Source of the DNA: Yuukianura sp. NJ FZ-2021 | Lineage: Eukaryota | Assembly (NCBI GenBank): GCA_046563655.1 | Contig: CM102286.1 | Span: forward strand, 8,928,001 to 8,992,000 | Length of the DNA: 64,000 bases | Direction of reading: 5' to 3' | Shown: one piece after another, positions 10,853-24,300 of the stretch | How the letters are laid out: the number at the start of each line of letters is the position of its first letter | How positions within the stretch are numbered: position 1 is the first letter of the stretch | Position numbers and translations under genes: made by a program | Notes under the pieces: generated by a model | What the model saw: the letters and a program-made list of their open reading frames with translations, nothing else | Databases searched by the model: none | What the model was told of the DNA's origin: nothing

Positions 10853-12314
10853 TAACGGGTTCTTATTTTCGCCTCACAATATCCTTACCGAAATCTGGAT
10901 AACGGTCCACCAGATGACAGGAGATTTCCACGCCCAGGCCCAGGACAGGCCTACGACGATACGAGGTAGGCACATCCAAATTAAAAATTCCTGAATCAAG
11001 ATTCTTCAACTAACTTGCAAACTGCAGTATTTTAGAGATATTATTGGCATCATGACATTAACTGACGATGAACGTTTTTACTCATCAAACATACTTTTTT
11101 GGAGAAAAAAAGTTAACTTGAACTTTCACCACAATTGTCGGTTTTGACTCTACACCTAGTTGACCTTGGATTTACTCTGTGAAATTTTTGAAAAGTTGTA
11201 TTTGTTGGTTGAATTTTGTTTAGTCGTACTTTCATTGTTGGTTCCCACACCCGGAAAGTGATAACATAAAAATATTTCATTGTTACTCCGAGGATACACG
11301 TTTCACCGGTTTGATTTCAGGGTGATTTTTTTATGAACCGATTTTGACCCGTGCGCAGAAGCCAACGGGGAACCGTTTCCCACGAAACTATCCAAAGTGT
11401 AGTCACTTCCACGGTTTTACTTCAGAGAGCATGGAACCCCCAACGAATGCATTTCTATTTTACCACTGTTCTATAAGTACCATGTTTTCCCCTTCCAAGC
11501 CGGCAGTTTACTTTCCATCGTCTCTCTGCAAACGTTCAGTCCTACTCCAACAATATCCGAAACTACTCAGGATCAAATCCAGACCCAAAGTTGCTAATAA
11601 GCTGCTGACTTTTCTCCTCGACCCCATCAGTCCATTTCCAATCAGTTGGGGATTCTGTTCTGAACGTTATTGTGCATTTTCTAAACGCACTGAAACGTAA
11701 TCCCTCGTAGTTCCCCTCCACTTCCGAAGGGAGATCACATCCCCCATCAGTGTTTCTGCACAAAAGACTCTAATCAAAACCACTTCCTAACAAAAATTTG
11801 AACACGGAAAAAACATTTGAACAGCGTTGATCCAGTATATCCGTCTGGTTTCCTTATTGTTCCAATCCAGAATATCCAATTATTGTGGGTTCTTCTAGCG
11901 CGTGTTCAATATTTTTAAGGGGATGAATTTAAGCATGCCCCAGTTTGAACAATTTGAAATCGCAACGTTGAAATGTCTGTAAACATTAAAGATGTTTATT
12001 AAAATGGAGGACAACGAGTTGGAAAGCAAGCGCCTTCGAAAGATGCATAAGTTTAATAGCTAAACTTAAGTTGAAATGGTGATGGTTATGTGAGCCACTG
12101 CAGGATTATTTAGTCGTTAAAGAGCTGGCGGTGCTGTCATCGAGACAAGGACTATGGAAATTGACAAGCACAACTGCACAAGGAGACATCGCAGAATTCC
12201 ATTACGGTCGACAGTGACATTTGGGTTTTAGCTGTCATCGCTTCCCGCCTACGAATACTACTGAAGGTGACTTCATCTTAAGATTGTCATCATTTTGAAT
12301 CACAACACAAAGCA

Positions 12315-15300
12315 ATGAGAACGAAAAGGAGAACAATGGTTTTCGCTGGACTTCATTGGATGATCCTCATACTTTGTAAGTTTCGAATTGATTTTCGAAT
12401 TAGTTGGTACATTACCAAATTAAAATTATTTATATTGGTAAACTCGTAGACTGGCGAAACAAAATTGTCAGTTTTATCTCATGGAATTTTTCGGCGTCAT
12501 TCAATGAATTCAAATTGAAAAGTTGGTGCTTGCAACGAAATCGACCAAATCAAATGGAACTGAACCGGTTTGAACAAACACGGTGTAACATGCATTTTTT
12601 GCATCTATATAAACCGATGAAATTTGAACTCAAGTTTTAAAAGTATCATGTATGAACCTTGTGCAGCAGTTTGAGAAAGCGTGACTAGGCGTGCGTTGCA
12701 GTATCTAGTTGGCAGCAAAAGTTATTGAAAATAGTCAACAGCATGATAGTGCAATTTAATATTTATGTTTTCATGTTGGTTAAAGTTTACTCCAATATTT
12801 TTTTACACTCATGCCACGGTTATTTTGCCCCTACGATACGAAACATAACTATCCATACTTGATTGCTTCCCACAAGACATGTTCAAAATTCCATGGTTTT
12901 TTAAAGTCGAAACGTGAAAATTGTCGTGTACCAAACGAAATGCAAGGTCGTACTGCATGAGGTAAATTTAACAGTTTTGGGCTTAATTATGGTTTCCTTT
13001 GACAAACGACGAGACTGAAGTTCCCAACTTTCCGGAAGCTTTGTCTGTGAAGTGTGATACTTTGACGATTCTATGGCAGCACCTTTGAGCGAAGGTTTAA
13101 GTTGGGAGAGAGCATCATCCGAGTTGAAGGAACTGAAGCACTTTCACTTCAAAATAGTTGATTAGATTTTCTACCCTGTGAAAATCAAACCTTATTCCAT
13201 AGTGCCTCTGCCTGCAATTCATTAAACATTTAGACACAAAGTCCTGAATTTGAACAGTATTTCTTAAGAGGTTTTGCGTCATGGTGTATAAAATTTTGAA
13301 CTTTCCCACGAAAACATGATGACTGAGACGAATTGGTTACTTTACTTTTCAAATTATTAACATGTGAACTTTGTTACCCATCCACAATTTCTCATTGAGA
13401 TCGTAAAAAGTTTCTCGTCTGCCCTGATTTCAAATGTGTTTTTTTTAGAAAATTCCTCAGCGTGATTGCTGGAAGAAAATCGTAAATAAGAAGCAAGGAC
13501 AAAAAAACATTCTAGATTGTTCAGAATCGGGTGGGCTGAAATTTTCAAAAGTATTACAATTTTTAAATTGAACAATGCCATTTATGTCGCCAAGTTGAAC
13601 TGACCTTTCGATGCAAGCATCAAAGCAAAATTTTAGTGAAAGACTAAATTTTTTTTTAAAGAATTCTAAGGTGGCGGGTTACAGTTTTCAGAAACTTTGT
13701 GCTTTTTCCTCATAGTGAACATAGAGAAAAGGCGGTGTTAAAGGTAACTTACGAGCGCTGGACGAAAACTTAGGTATTGAGCCATATTGTGTTGCCTATT
13801 GATCAAGAATTTAGTTTTAATTTTTTATGTTTGAAACCGAACAACGTTACGTTTGCTAAAACCGGACATCGGATATCTGGCTTTTTGGCTAATTCCGGTA
13901 TACTGATTATAAACTTTAACTTTAGTTCAAACCGTACTTTTCGCTTTTAAAAAACCATCATGACTGTCGATAACTGTCGAAATTCTCATAATAAAATAAT
14001 TGTCTTAAGGGTCATTTCAAAACCTGTCATCTTAATTCCAAATGAACAGTTACTACAAATTCTCATAAAATTTAAGTTTAATGGTACTATTTCGTTTTCG
14101 TCGTGTGGAATCCGTGAGTTTTGAAGCATTTGAAAAGGTTTCAAAGTATGTGCCAGTGATTTCAAGCGATAATTTGTAAAGATTTTGACACGTCAAAAGC
14201 CTATGAATGCATGGTTTTAGTTTTACCAAATAGCTTTCATTACTAAATCAAGATTAGGCCATTTTTGGAACAGACGACTGAAATTATGGATTTCCATTTC
14301 TGGAGAAACAAAAAAAAAAACGGCAAGCGATGTTACATAACAACGCACTCCACTCTACGACTTTCTGTTTTTATTCAAATGAAATGAGAGTGTCATAAAT
14401 TAAAAGTGAACGGAATTGCTGCAGGAAAGGGCCGCGAATTGGTAGAATGAATTAGTCTGTTACAGTTTATGACTTCAGATTTTTTAAATTTTTTGAATTT
14501 TTTATTGGAAGTTTGAGTGAATGAATGTTATTTCTGTGAAGTGGAAATTATACTATATATGCTGCTCTCGCTTCAAAACGTTCAATTGAAAATATGAAGG
14601 CTTATGTTAAATTTGAAAAGAAATGCGTAAGTAAAAATAACTCGTTGGAGTGATTTCTTTTCTGTGTAGACGTGTTGCGATTTTCCTAAGATATTAAAAT
14701 AAAAATGATCGACAACTGCCAAAAGTAATTGAAAAAAGATTGTTTGCTCTTACGCGTAAGTCTCATAGTCTCAAACTAGAACTTGAGGAACTTGCGTGCA
14801 AAAAACTTTTATGCCTTTTTAGGAAACACTCCATCAGATGAAACAAAAATAGAAAGAATGGTTTTGATAAGGCGTGAAAGTTAGGAAAGTGAAAGCGAGG
14901 GTGTGATCTGAGCGCATTCGTGGTGTCGCTAATACTGTAGTATTTGGTTATTTGCGGAAATTTTTTTTGAATATTTTGAAATCTCACAATTGCACAAATT
15001 CGCATCTTAGCAACGTTGTTTCAGAGAATTATTACATTTCGAAACACTTTTGAATTCAGCAAGATACTTCTTGTGTTTTCTTGCTGTTTTTTGTGCGGAA
15101 ATAATAAAACAGAAATAAGAAAGAATCGAAGTTTACTGAAATTAGTGTTTTAAGCCTTTACTTTTAAAGGTGGATTTTCTTGACACATTTTTGGTTAAAT
15201 ATTATTATCTGTGTGTTTCAACCCTTCGGTTAGAATGCAGTTAAAAATGCAGATAAATGTATCAAATCTTTATTACCATGTACGTAAAACAGCCTTAGAG

Positions 15301-18300
15301 TTTCTTTTTCTGTTTTTTTTTACCTGAAAACCACTTTTGGTTAAGTTTAGAGAATTGGCCAAAACAGAAGTTTTATTTCTGCATTGCAGTTGGTCTTCGT
15401 AGTTTGTAGGAGATGAACTTTGACATGGTCGGAGCCATGTGCTATTTTTCGACTTCTGGAAGTGACACGTTAATGGAGCTTCTTTTTTCATATATTAACT
15501 CAATTTGAGAATATTTTATGGTAAGTGGTTCCTGGTTTCGTCACTTTCCAGGGAGTCCTTTGCCAGCCATTTGCTTTATCATTTATTTCAATGAGAAGAG
15601 TCAGAAAGTTTGCAGAGATCCTCTATATTTAATTGCGCTCTGCCGCGGGAGCAAAGTACCACCAAATTATTCTTTGGCACAATATGCATAAATTTTGCCA
15701 ACTTTTGAAGTTTGGGACTCCACGGCGAATCTAATCTGTAGAAACAGCTTTTCCCGTATGAGTTCAATATTAAACTATAATAAGTTTAACATTTGGACAG
15801 TTCTGGCTAAAAGAAATCATAAAATTGTTTCCATTTTTTTTCAAAACTTTAAAACATTTCGTCAAAAACCAATTTTTGCTTACCGTTGTTCCTATGTTTT
15901 GTAGTTTTTGCATTCATATAAGTACCTTAACCCGCCAGCAATAATTGTTTAATTACACTATCATTACGCTTTGAATTTCAAACTAGAAAGTCGTGTGAAT
16001 ATCGAAGCTCCATGCCGGGGGTTGAAATTGGTGTGAGTCATATTGCTGCATTTCCTGACACTAAAATTTATAAGAAAGCTTCCCATCCAGGCGGATATTT
16101 CAGCTGTGCAAACTTTTGAGTTCCTTTTTTCAATAAAATTTTCAAACTCATTTTAAACTGTGGCCTCAGCTTTTTTTCTTCTAGGAAGAATAAAGTTTTC
16201 TTTTCCCGCTCACGCACATGTTAAGCTGGAAGAAGCTCCTGTGCCGCTTTATGCTGATTTTCAACTTTGATGTTTGAGAAAATCTTGGAAGAAATTGAAG
16301 CGGAAGCCCCTCCCACTTCGTTCCGTTTTTTCTATTAATCCACTTCAATTGCTCCGGCTTCCGCCTTTCGATTGAACATTTGAACTGAAGGAGAAAGTAA
16401 AATAGAAGAGAAAGTGGAAAGAGGTCTGCGTCTTTTCCGTTACAATTTAATTAAGTAAATGATCTCTCTCCATATGAAACTGTCTCCGGTTTCATTTGAA
16501 CCCCTTCCAAATTTATTATTTCCTCTCCATCCTCTCCGCATTGACTGTCTCCCTCTCACTCCTGTGGTTCTCCAGTCCTTATGAATCTTGATTTGATGCT
16601 GGAGAGAAAGTGCGTAATGGTGTTCCTCTGTTCCTTTTTCCATCCACTTCAAACGTAGTCTGGAATTGAATAATATGTATCCAGAAGAAGAAAGTGAATT
16701 GAACAGGGCAGCAGGAGAAAGTGATGATTTGGGTGGATTGAAGACAGGAGCAGGGTATATGGTTAGGTTATGGTTATTCTTATGGTGAGTGTCAGAGTGC
16801 GTGCCATCCGGACCAAGGAACAATGACTTTGTCCTAATGGACTAAGAAAATTCGTTTCCTTTTTCCTTCAGAGTAAGTGAGGATTTATGGTTTGTGTTCT
16901 GGAAGGAGAAAAGAGAAAAGAAATGAAGAAGAATCTTTCTGCTTTTCTTTCTATTTATTCAAAGGAACAGAACTTATATTTGTAGTTTGACTACGTTTGG
17001 GGAAAAGTAAATTCACAACTTATGTCTTTTTCCCGCACTTTTTATTTTCTCAGATGCGGTTGTCCACTAAAAGTTAAATCCAGTTCCAAGTTGAATGCTT
17101 ACGTACAGATAAGGTCAGTTTCCAAGTGCCAGAAAGTTTTGTCCACTCCTAAACCTGTTAAATCTTGCACAACTGTCGATCTTGTTTATCTTTTTGGATT
17201 TGTTCAAAAGTTTTGAAATTCGCTCTACGTGGGGTAAATGAACTAACATAAAAATAGCATATTATATTTTTTTCCCAATTTGTAGCGTCATATTTTGGGA
17301 TGCAACTTGGCGTAAATCTTGGATCCTCACAAATCCCTGATGGATTGTCTTATTTGTAGCAAAATCAGAGCCAAGAATTTTCGGAAAGAGAAAAATTGGT
17401 GTCTTAAACTTGATTCTTGAAAATCCTTGAAAATAGCTTCTTTTTTCAAAACACTAAATTTGTAAGAAAAAGACTAGACTTTCAGTGAAGTGTAAAACAG
17501 CATGACATGGCGTGTGTGTTAGTATTGGAACCTAAGGAGGGAGGCCTGCGTAATAACTGGCAGTAAGAATGCTGTGCTGTTCTTCTGTTGCACATTTCTC
17601 TATTGTCTTGTTTCCCCCTCCCTACGGAAGAGACACTTCAAAAATTATAAATGAGACTTTAGGGAATTTTGACTCAAAATTGGAGAAGTGGAAATAACAT
17701 ACAATGCACAAAGCACTGGCACATACAGCACTGCTTTACGAAAGGAGCCACTTCGTATTTTTTTAAAGCGAGGAGAGCTTTTTCCCGCGCTTTCTCTTTT
17801 TTGAAACTTTGTACCCCATCATCATCTCCCGCCGCTTTTTCCTTTTCACTCCATTATCTCCTCAAAGTCACTTTCCCTATTTCAACCCACTTGACTTTCA
17901 TTTTCCTCACAAAAAAACCAAGAGTCCGATTAGATTATTTCTACTCTGATGACTTTTCATCTTTTTTTGGCGGGAAAGCTCGAGGAGGGGAAAGTTCTTA
18001 CGAACGGGCTGCTGTGCTACCACTAGCTTTCACTTCTACAACCTAACCAAGACCTCCTGCGGCCTACCGAAGTTAGTTCTAAAGCCCCTTCGAGCCTCAA
18101 TGCCTAAAAATAATCACTTTTAATACTGATGAGAAACCGGAAAGTTATTACGAGAGAGATGAAGGGTTGGAAGGGAGTTATAATCAGGTGATGGAACAAA
18201 GTTTTATTCCGTCTTTTCCATGTCGGATCCAATTTTAAAAATTCGAATTTTCCCGCTGCCAGAAGGCGTGGTATACTGAAGGCAAAAGGAGTAAAGCCAA

Positions 18301-21300
18301 ATAGGCATTGGCGCAATTTAAACTTCATTTTATACTTTCACTTTAGTCTTTTCTGGTGTAGTGAAGCCTGAAGCATGGTTACCACCCTAGGAGACAACCT
18401 TCCTGGATACGTCCTCACGTTTTCTCCTGTGCTCTTATTAACAAATTACACTTTTAATTAATTCTGGAAGAAGTTTTTGTGACTATTGTTGTCCTTGGAC
18501 TTGTTGCCAGGAGTAGGAATGAGGAAAGCTTTAATTAAAATGTTCCTCGATCTTCATTAAACACTCCTCTGTTTGCAAAATCTACATGTCTTGTAACGCT
18601 TTATTATGAGTTGCGTTGAAAGTGAGGGAAATTTTTTAGGAGACATGCAACTTTTAAACTAAAATGATGTAAATGCGTGCGGAAATGGTCAGTGAAAGTT
18701 GGAAGTCATTTGAATGCGTTTCTGTAAGAAAGGTTAACCTAACCTAATGTTTTAAGGAAACAACCCGTGAAAGTTGTCGTGATGGTAATTGGTCCGTTTC
18801 CGTTTGTTTCCGTTCCAGGTCACATCGTGCTGTGCTCTCATTCCTTGCGCCACCACCGAAACCATCCGTCAACCCCCTTCTTGTCACCGCTGTCTTCAGG
18901 AAACAGTGAAAGTGACGAAGGCGAAGAGCCAAGTGACTCATCAATGGTAGATGGGAGCCCTTCAGCCTCAATGACCCCTTCAGGGTCACAACTCAGAGGA
19001 GGTCAGAGTGACAAGGTGACAGACAAGGAACTCCGAGACGAACCTACACTAGTTCCCCAAATGAAAGTTAAACCTGGACAAGAGCTGAAACTCAAATGCG
19101 ACCTGAACAATACGTATGGCCGAATCACTTGGTTGCTTAACAGTAAGCCGATAAGGACGGACAATGGGCGGTATGCTATTCAGGGGCCGACGTTGAATCG
19201 AGCCATTGAGGGTCGCCTCACAATAAACAACGTTTTGCCAGAAGACAATGGGATTTGGCAGTGTCATGAAGTTAAGTTTGACGGGAAGGAACACATCTCG
19301 AAACCCATTTGGGTGGTTGTCATGGGTGAGTGACAATACAAATATTGGACTTTCTCCGCTTTCTCTCGTTTCCGCGTCTTTTAAACCAACACTTTCACTT
19401 GCGCTTTCTTTATTGAAGCTTTGAACATTTGAATAGAGAAGTAGGAGGGGGTTTGCGTCAGTTGCAGGACTCCACTTCACGGCAACTTACGGACCGAAAC
19501 TTATATAAAACTAAAAATATCAGCACAGCCACCGTCCATGTGTATCAGGTTAAGTCTGGTGTTTCAGAATTCATAAGCTAAGAAACCCAAAGGAGAATGA
19601 CAGTTCAATTTAAGTAATGATTCAAAGAGTTTGTTAAACCGACAAATGTTAGTTGACCCTATCGCACCTACCGACTCTCCTATTTTCATCATAAATATTT
19701 CCTTAGCATTAAGAATGCAATACAGTATCGGTAACGCTGCAAGAATAGCGTGAAAAGAAAGCTTCAAAGTTGAAGCCTTCAACCTTTGAAGTGCTGCGTT
19801 TACTCAACCCTAAAATTTCTTCTTAAACCCCAAAAGTAAACAAGATGCACCCCACCGCACGAGCTGATTGTTGCAACCATGACTTTCAATCTGCCTTTCA
19901 AAAGGAGATGAGCATCATTTACATCTCTGAGTAGGAGAAAGTGGAGGGGGAAAAGCGACAAGGACGGAAACGATTTAAAGGATTTGGTTCTATTTTGAAT
20001 TTGAATTTCCCTCCCGCCTTTGATCTATAATTGCAACTTATTTTTTTCCTTCCAGCACCACCCCGAGCAGTCCATTTAGAATTTGATGGTCGTCGGTTGT
20101 CCCCGTCCTCAACCCCATCCACTCGAGTCACCTACAGAGAAAAAGATAACATCTCGATCCAATGTGTCGTGGAGGGTGGAAATCCACCGCCCAAGATAAC
20201 ATGGTTCCTCAGTTCAGAAAACGTTACGAATCGAAGTTCCCTATCTACGGAGTACTTGGAAGATGACAAAGTCTACCTAACTCGCAGCACCCTACTACTT
20301 CCCCAATGTCTCAAGAACAGACCACAATAAAAGTGTTGTTTGCATTGTGGATCACGAACTACTGGGAGTTGGCAGCGGCAGCCCAGAAACCAATCAAGAA
20401 CCTTCCGCCGTTTCCTCGGCCACTTATTTACGAGCTGCGGCTTACTTTAATATTGAATGTAAGTAAAACTCTCATTTTGTCTGTTCAGACACAAGAGCAT
20501 AGCTTCCCAAATTGTGCAATGGCAACTTTTCCTGTTTCAATTCCCGGTGTTTTCGGGACGGGCGTTTGTCAACCGACAAATTCTAAACCCTGGCTTAAAT
20601 ATAACAGCAAAGCCTAACCTAAATGTTCATTAGATAACGGCAATATGACTATCCCGGTGCAACATTTGCCGTTCAGAAGTGCCGTGTTACGCCCCAGAGC
20701 CGAATTTCAATCTTTCGATGTAATCATTCCAACTTTTCTTAGACCATGAATTTCCAAGTATCAAAAAATTTCAACAACTTCAACAAGAAAAAATACCGCA
20801 TCTGTTATAATTTGCTATGATCTTTACACTCACTTGAACTTTAGAAACTGTGATTTATGCACCAACTTTTTTCTTGTTTTCAAATTAGTTTTCTGTAAAA
20901 GTTGATTTGAAAATGAAAATCGTGACAAGGTTTATATTCAACTGTTTTTCTTCCTCCACTGTGCTGCATGGCTACATATTGAAATGAAAACCGGGAGACT
21001 TAAATCATTTTTTTAAGTGGAAGGAATACGGCAATGGGACTTTTCTTGATTAAAGTTGGAGAAACTCTTTTAATTTATTTTGCACTTTCATGGACTAACT
21101 TCTTTTCTTTAAAATTTTCCAGTGGAATTAATAGGAACACAAAAGAGAAATTTTGTGCAATATTTTATGTACCTAACTCATCCCCTTCATTTGCAGAATT
21201 GGCAAACTTATTTCGCAATTAGGGCCGCATGGGGCCAGTGGCATAAATTATTCATTTACTGTATGGCGTAAGAACCGAGTAAGTGTAGAATCATAAACAC

Positions 21301-24300
21301 CCAAAGTCAATGCTTTTCCCATTATCTCTGTACTTTCTTTCTGGAAGTGTCAGCTTGAGTAATGACAAACTCTGGGCACATTTTGGCATGAATCATGTAA
21401 AAAAAGACTAATCTGTTCCAAAGTCCCCGCGCACATTTTTAAATAATAAACCTCCGACTTATTACTGCGGAAAGGCAGCTTTAAACCCAGTGAAAAGTGG
21501 GCACAAATCACAGGGCAGCTGGTTTAGGGCAGTGCTGAATGGGAAGTGTCTTAAGTTGTGAAATCATGAATAGGAAATTAATGGTGTGGGATATGGGAGA
21601 AAATAAGGAATTCTGGAAATGAAGTTAGAAAATCCTGAACATGTCGCGCCTGTTGGGGCTCGACTGGGAGTCCTTAAATCCTAAAGCCTTAGAACTAGGA
21701 AGCTCTACAACATGAAGTATTGGTCGTAGTTAGCATGCCAAGTGAAGGAAAAGCCTGGATTTCCTCTCTGACTTGTACTATTTGTCACTACCAATGAGCA
21801 AATGTTTGTGAAAAATGTCACATTTAGGGGATGCCGCACGTTTGGGGGATGGGAAATGGCGGATAGCAAGTGAATGTATTCATTTTGATTTTTATCTTTG
21901 CTTTTTTTCCCAAACATATCCAAAAACAAATACTCGAAGTTGAAAAATTGTCAACAAACAAAAGCAACTACAGCGAAGTGGTAAACTGGCTACAGAAAAG
22001 CTTAATAAAGTTCACTGGCGTGATTAACAAAATGATCATTGTATTGATCACACCAGTGGACTTTGTTTTTGATTATTTTTTGATTCTTTGAACTTAAAAA
22101 TTCAAAAGTTACAAATACCGCTATTCTATATTCTATTGACTTTGGGAAAGTTGTAATTTTTTTCTTTCAAATATAATTTGTTTTGATTTTTCTTCATTTG
22201 TATATAATTTAATTCTGAGAAAGCATTTATTTAAAATACATGCTTATGCTTATTAATTAAATCTGTGATTTGTTCAAATCATTTGTTGCTGTATATTAGA
22301 AGTTCCAGAAGTGGTGGACTCAAATACATTGGTTTTAGATAAGTAACAGCCAAAGCTGCCCTTTACCAAATTATATTTCACTCATCAAATCAATTCTGTT
22401 ATATCAATTCTGTTGTATTTTTTATTTTCTTTGTTGCTGGGTTTGCTTTTGTTGAATTTTTGTTGATCGTATTGTAGTAGGCTTTTTTGCCGCGGTAACT
22501 GTGTAGATTCTGCTCCTTGAAGCGGGAAGAAGAGACAGGACAGAGCAGCGTTGTGAGGGCGAGGGATGAAATGGTGGTGACTGTGGCGGGAAGTCTGGGT
22601 TTAATGCCGAGAAAAACAGGATAGACTACGTCCCATGCATAATTCATGGTAGGTGAAAGTCCTCTTGGCCTCAAAGAAAGTCTCGCAGGAGACTTTCACT
22701 TCTGCCTTCTTTGAGGTGAAATCTTGGTGAAAACTTTTCATATCTCTCTCCTTCCTGCCTCCTTTGATAGATCGAAGAACTCCTACAAATAAATCCCGCT
22801 TACAATCGCTGAAAGGCTTTCTCGGACTAAGACGTTAGTAGCTCCTGGAGGCTGCCTGGAGTGGGCTAATAAAATGGAGCTGCGGTCTCTTTCGGATAGA
22901 TTCCCGTCCCTCTTCTTGTCCATTCATTTCAAAAAGTTGGCAAAAGGCTTAGGCAATTCCACTAGAAAAACTAATTTGGACTTTCCAAGTCTGTCCCTTT
23001 GGAGATCATACGGAGAAAGTTGAATTTTTTTTTCGTCAAAAATCCTAGAAAGACTTTTTGAATTGAAGTTTTCTTCTTTTTTTTTCAACGCGTATATGTT
23101 GACTAACCGAAAGGATAAAAGAGAATTTCAGTAACTAGATGGAAAACCTAAAAGGTTTTTTCTTAAGAAGCAAGATGAAATGCACGGACGTCTTCTGGAA
23201 AAAAGGCGTTAAATATTCAGTGGAGGTGCAATATCCAACGCTGAAAAAGGAAGGGATGATACGAGTTTTGTTGGAAGTGAGTACGTGAAGTCAATTTCAA
23301 AACATGAAACCCTGTTCTGTATTTTCTTTAAAAAAAAGTAACAACGACCGAGTGACTTTCTTTTTCTTTTTTGAGAAAAAGTCAAGTTGGTAAGGTTCTC
23401 ATCCTTTCCCCTTACGAGCACTTATTTTGTCTCCTGCTTTTAAATCCGAACGCCAGTTATAAAAAGTAAACCTCCTACTGGGATCTTCTTCGCTGAGATG
23501 AAAACTTGTGTCTCTTATGCCACAGATCTAAGAAGAATCCCGGCATTTGAGAATCGGATTGAGACGTGTTGTTGTTGTCCTATTGTGACTTCCATGCTCT
23601 AATCAAATTCACTTTCACTTCCACTTTCTCCATCTTAATACCCGCACCAGCCAAAACCGCCTCTCTTCCACAAGTTGAAATCCCATGAGCCAGTGACAAG
23701 TGCTTTTTCTACCCCGAATAGAATTCGGTTCAATTTCAAGATTTCCCGCTCTTCCGTATCCCCTCTTGCTCACAAAATACAAAATCCCTGTCATTTCCAA
23801 TTTCATTAATTCTTTTGAAAAGCGTAAAAGCATTGAAACTAATCTGCTACAAGTCCTCGTGGACTCGCTTTCTTAGAAAATGTTTTTCTCTTCGTCTCAC
23901 TCCAAAGGCATCTTTATTACAAGCAGAGACGCCGAACACGCTTGACTAATTATTAATACAAAAGATCAACTTTTGAAATTAAATGGTCTTATAACTGAAA
24001 GGTTCCAATTAGTTGTTCAACCAACATGAAGGAGCAACGAACCCGTTTTTGAAACTTTGCAATCGCAATTATTTTGAAAAAAAAAACTTGGTTTCCCAAT
24101 TATTGAATTTTTGGTTTCCTTCTCGATGTGGCATAACTTCAGAGGAAGTGAGTTTCAGAAGTTGTCATTTTCCATCGCTTTCTGTGTAAAGTGAAACCAT
24201 AAAACGAATTCTTGAAATTGAGTTTTTGCCGTATTTCGATGCCAAAATACTCTTGGTTACTTCACCAAAGTATTTTTGATATTCAAACTCCCTACCGCAG

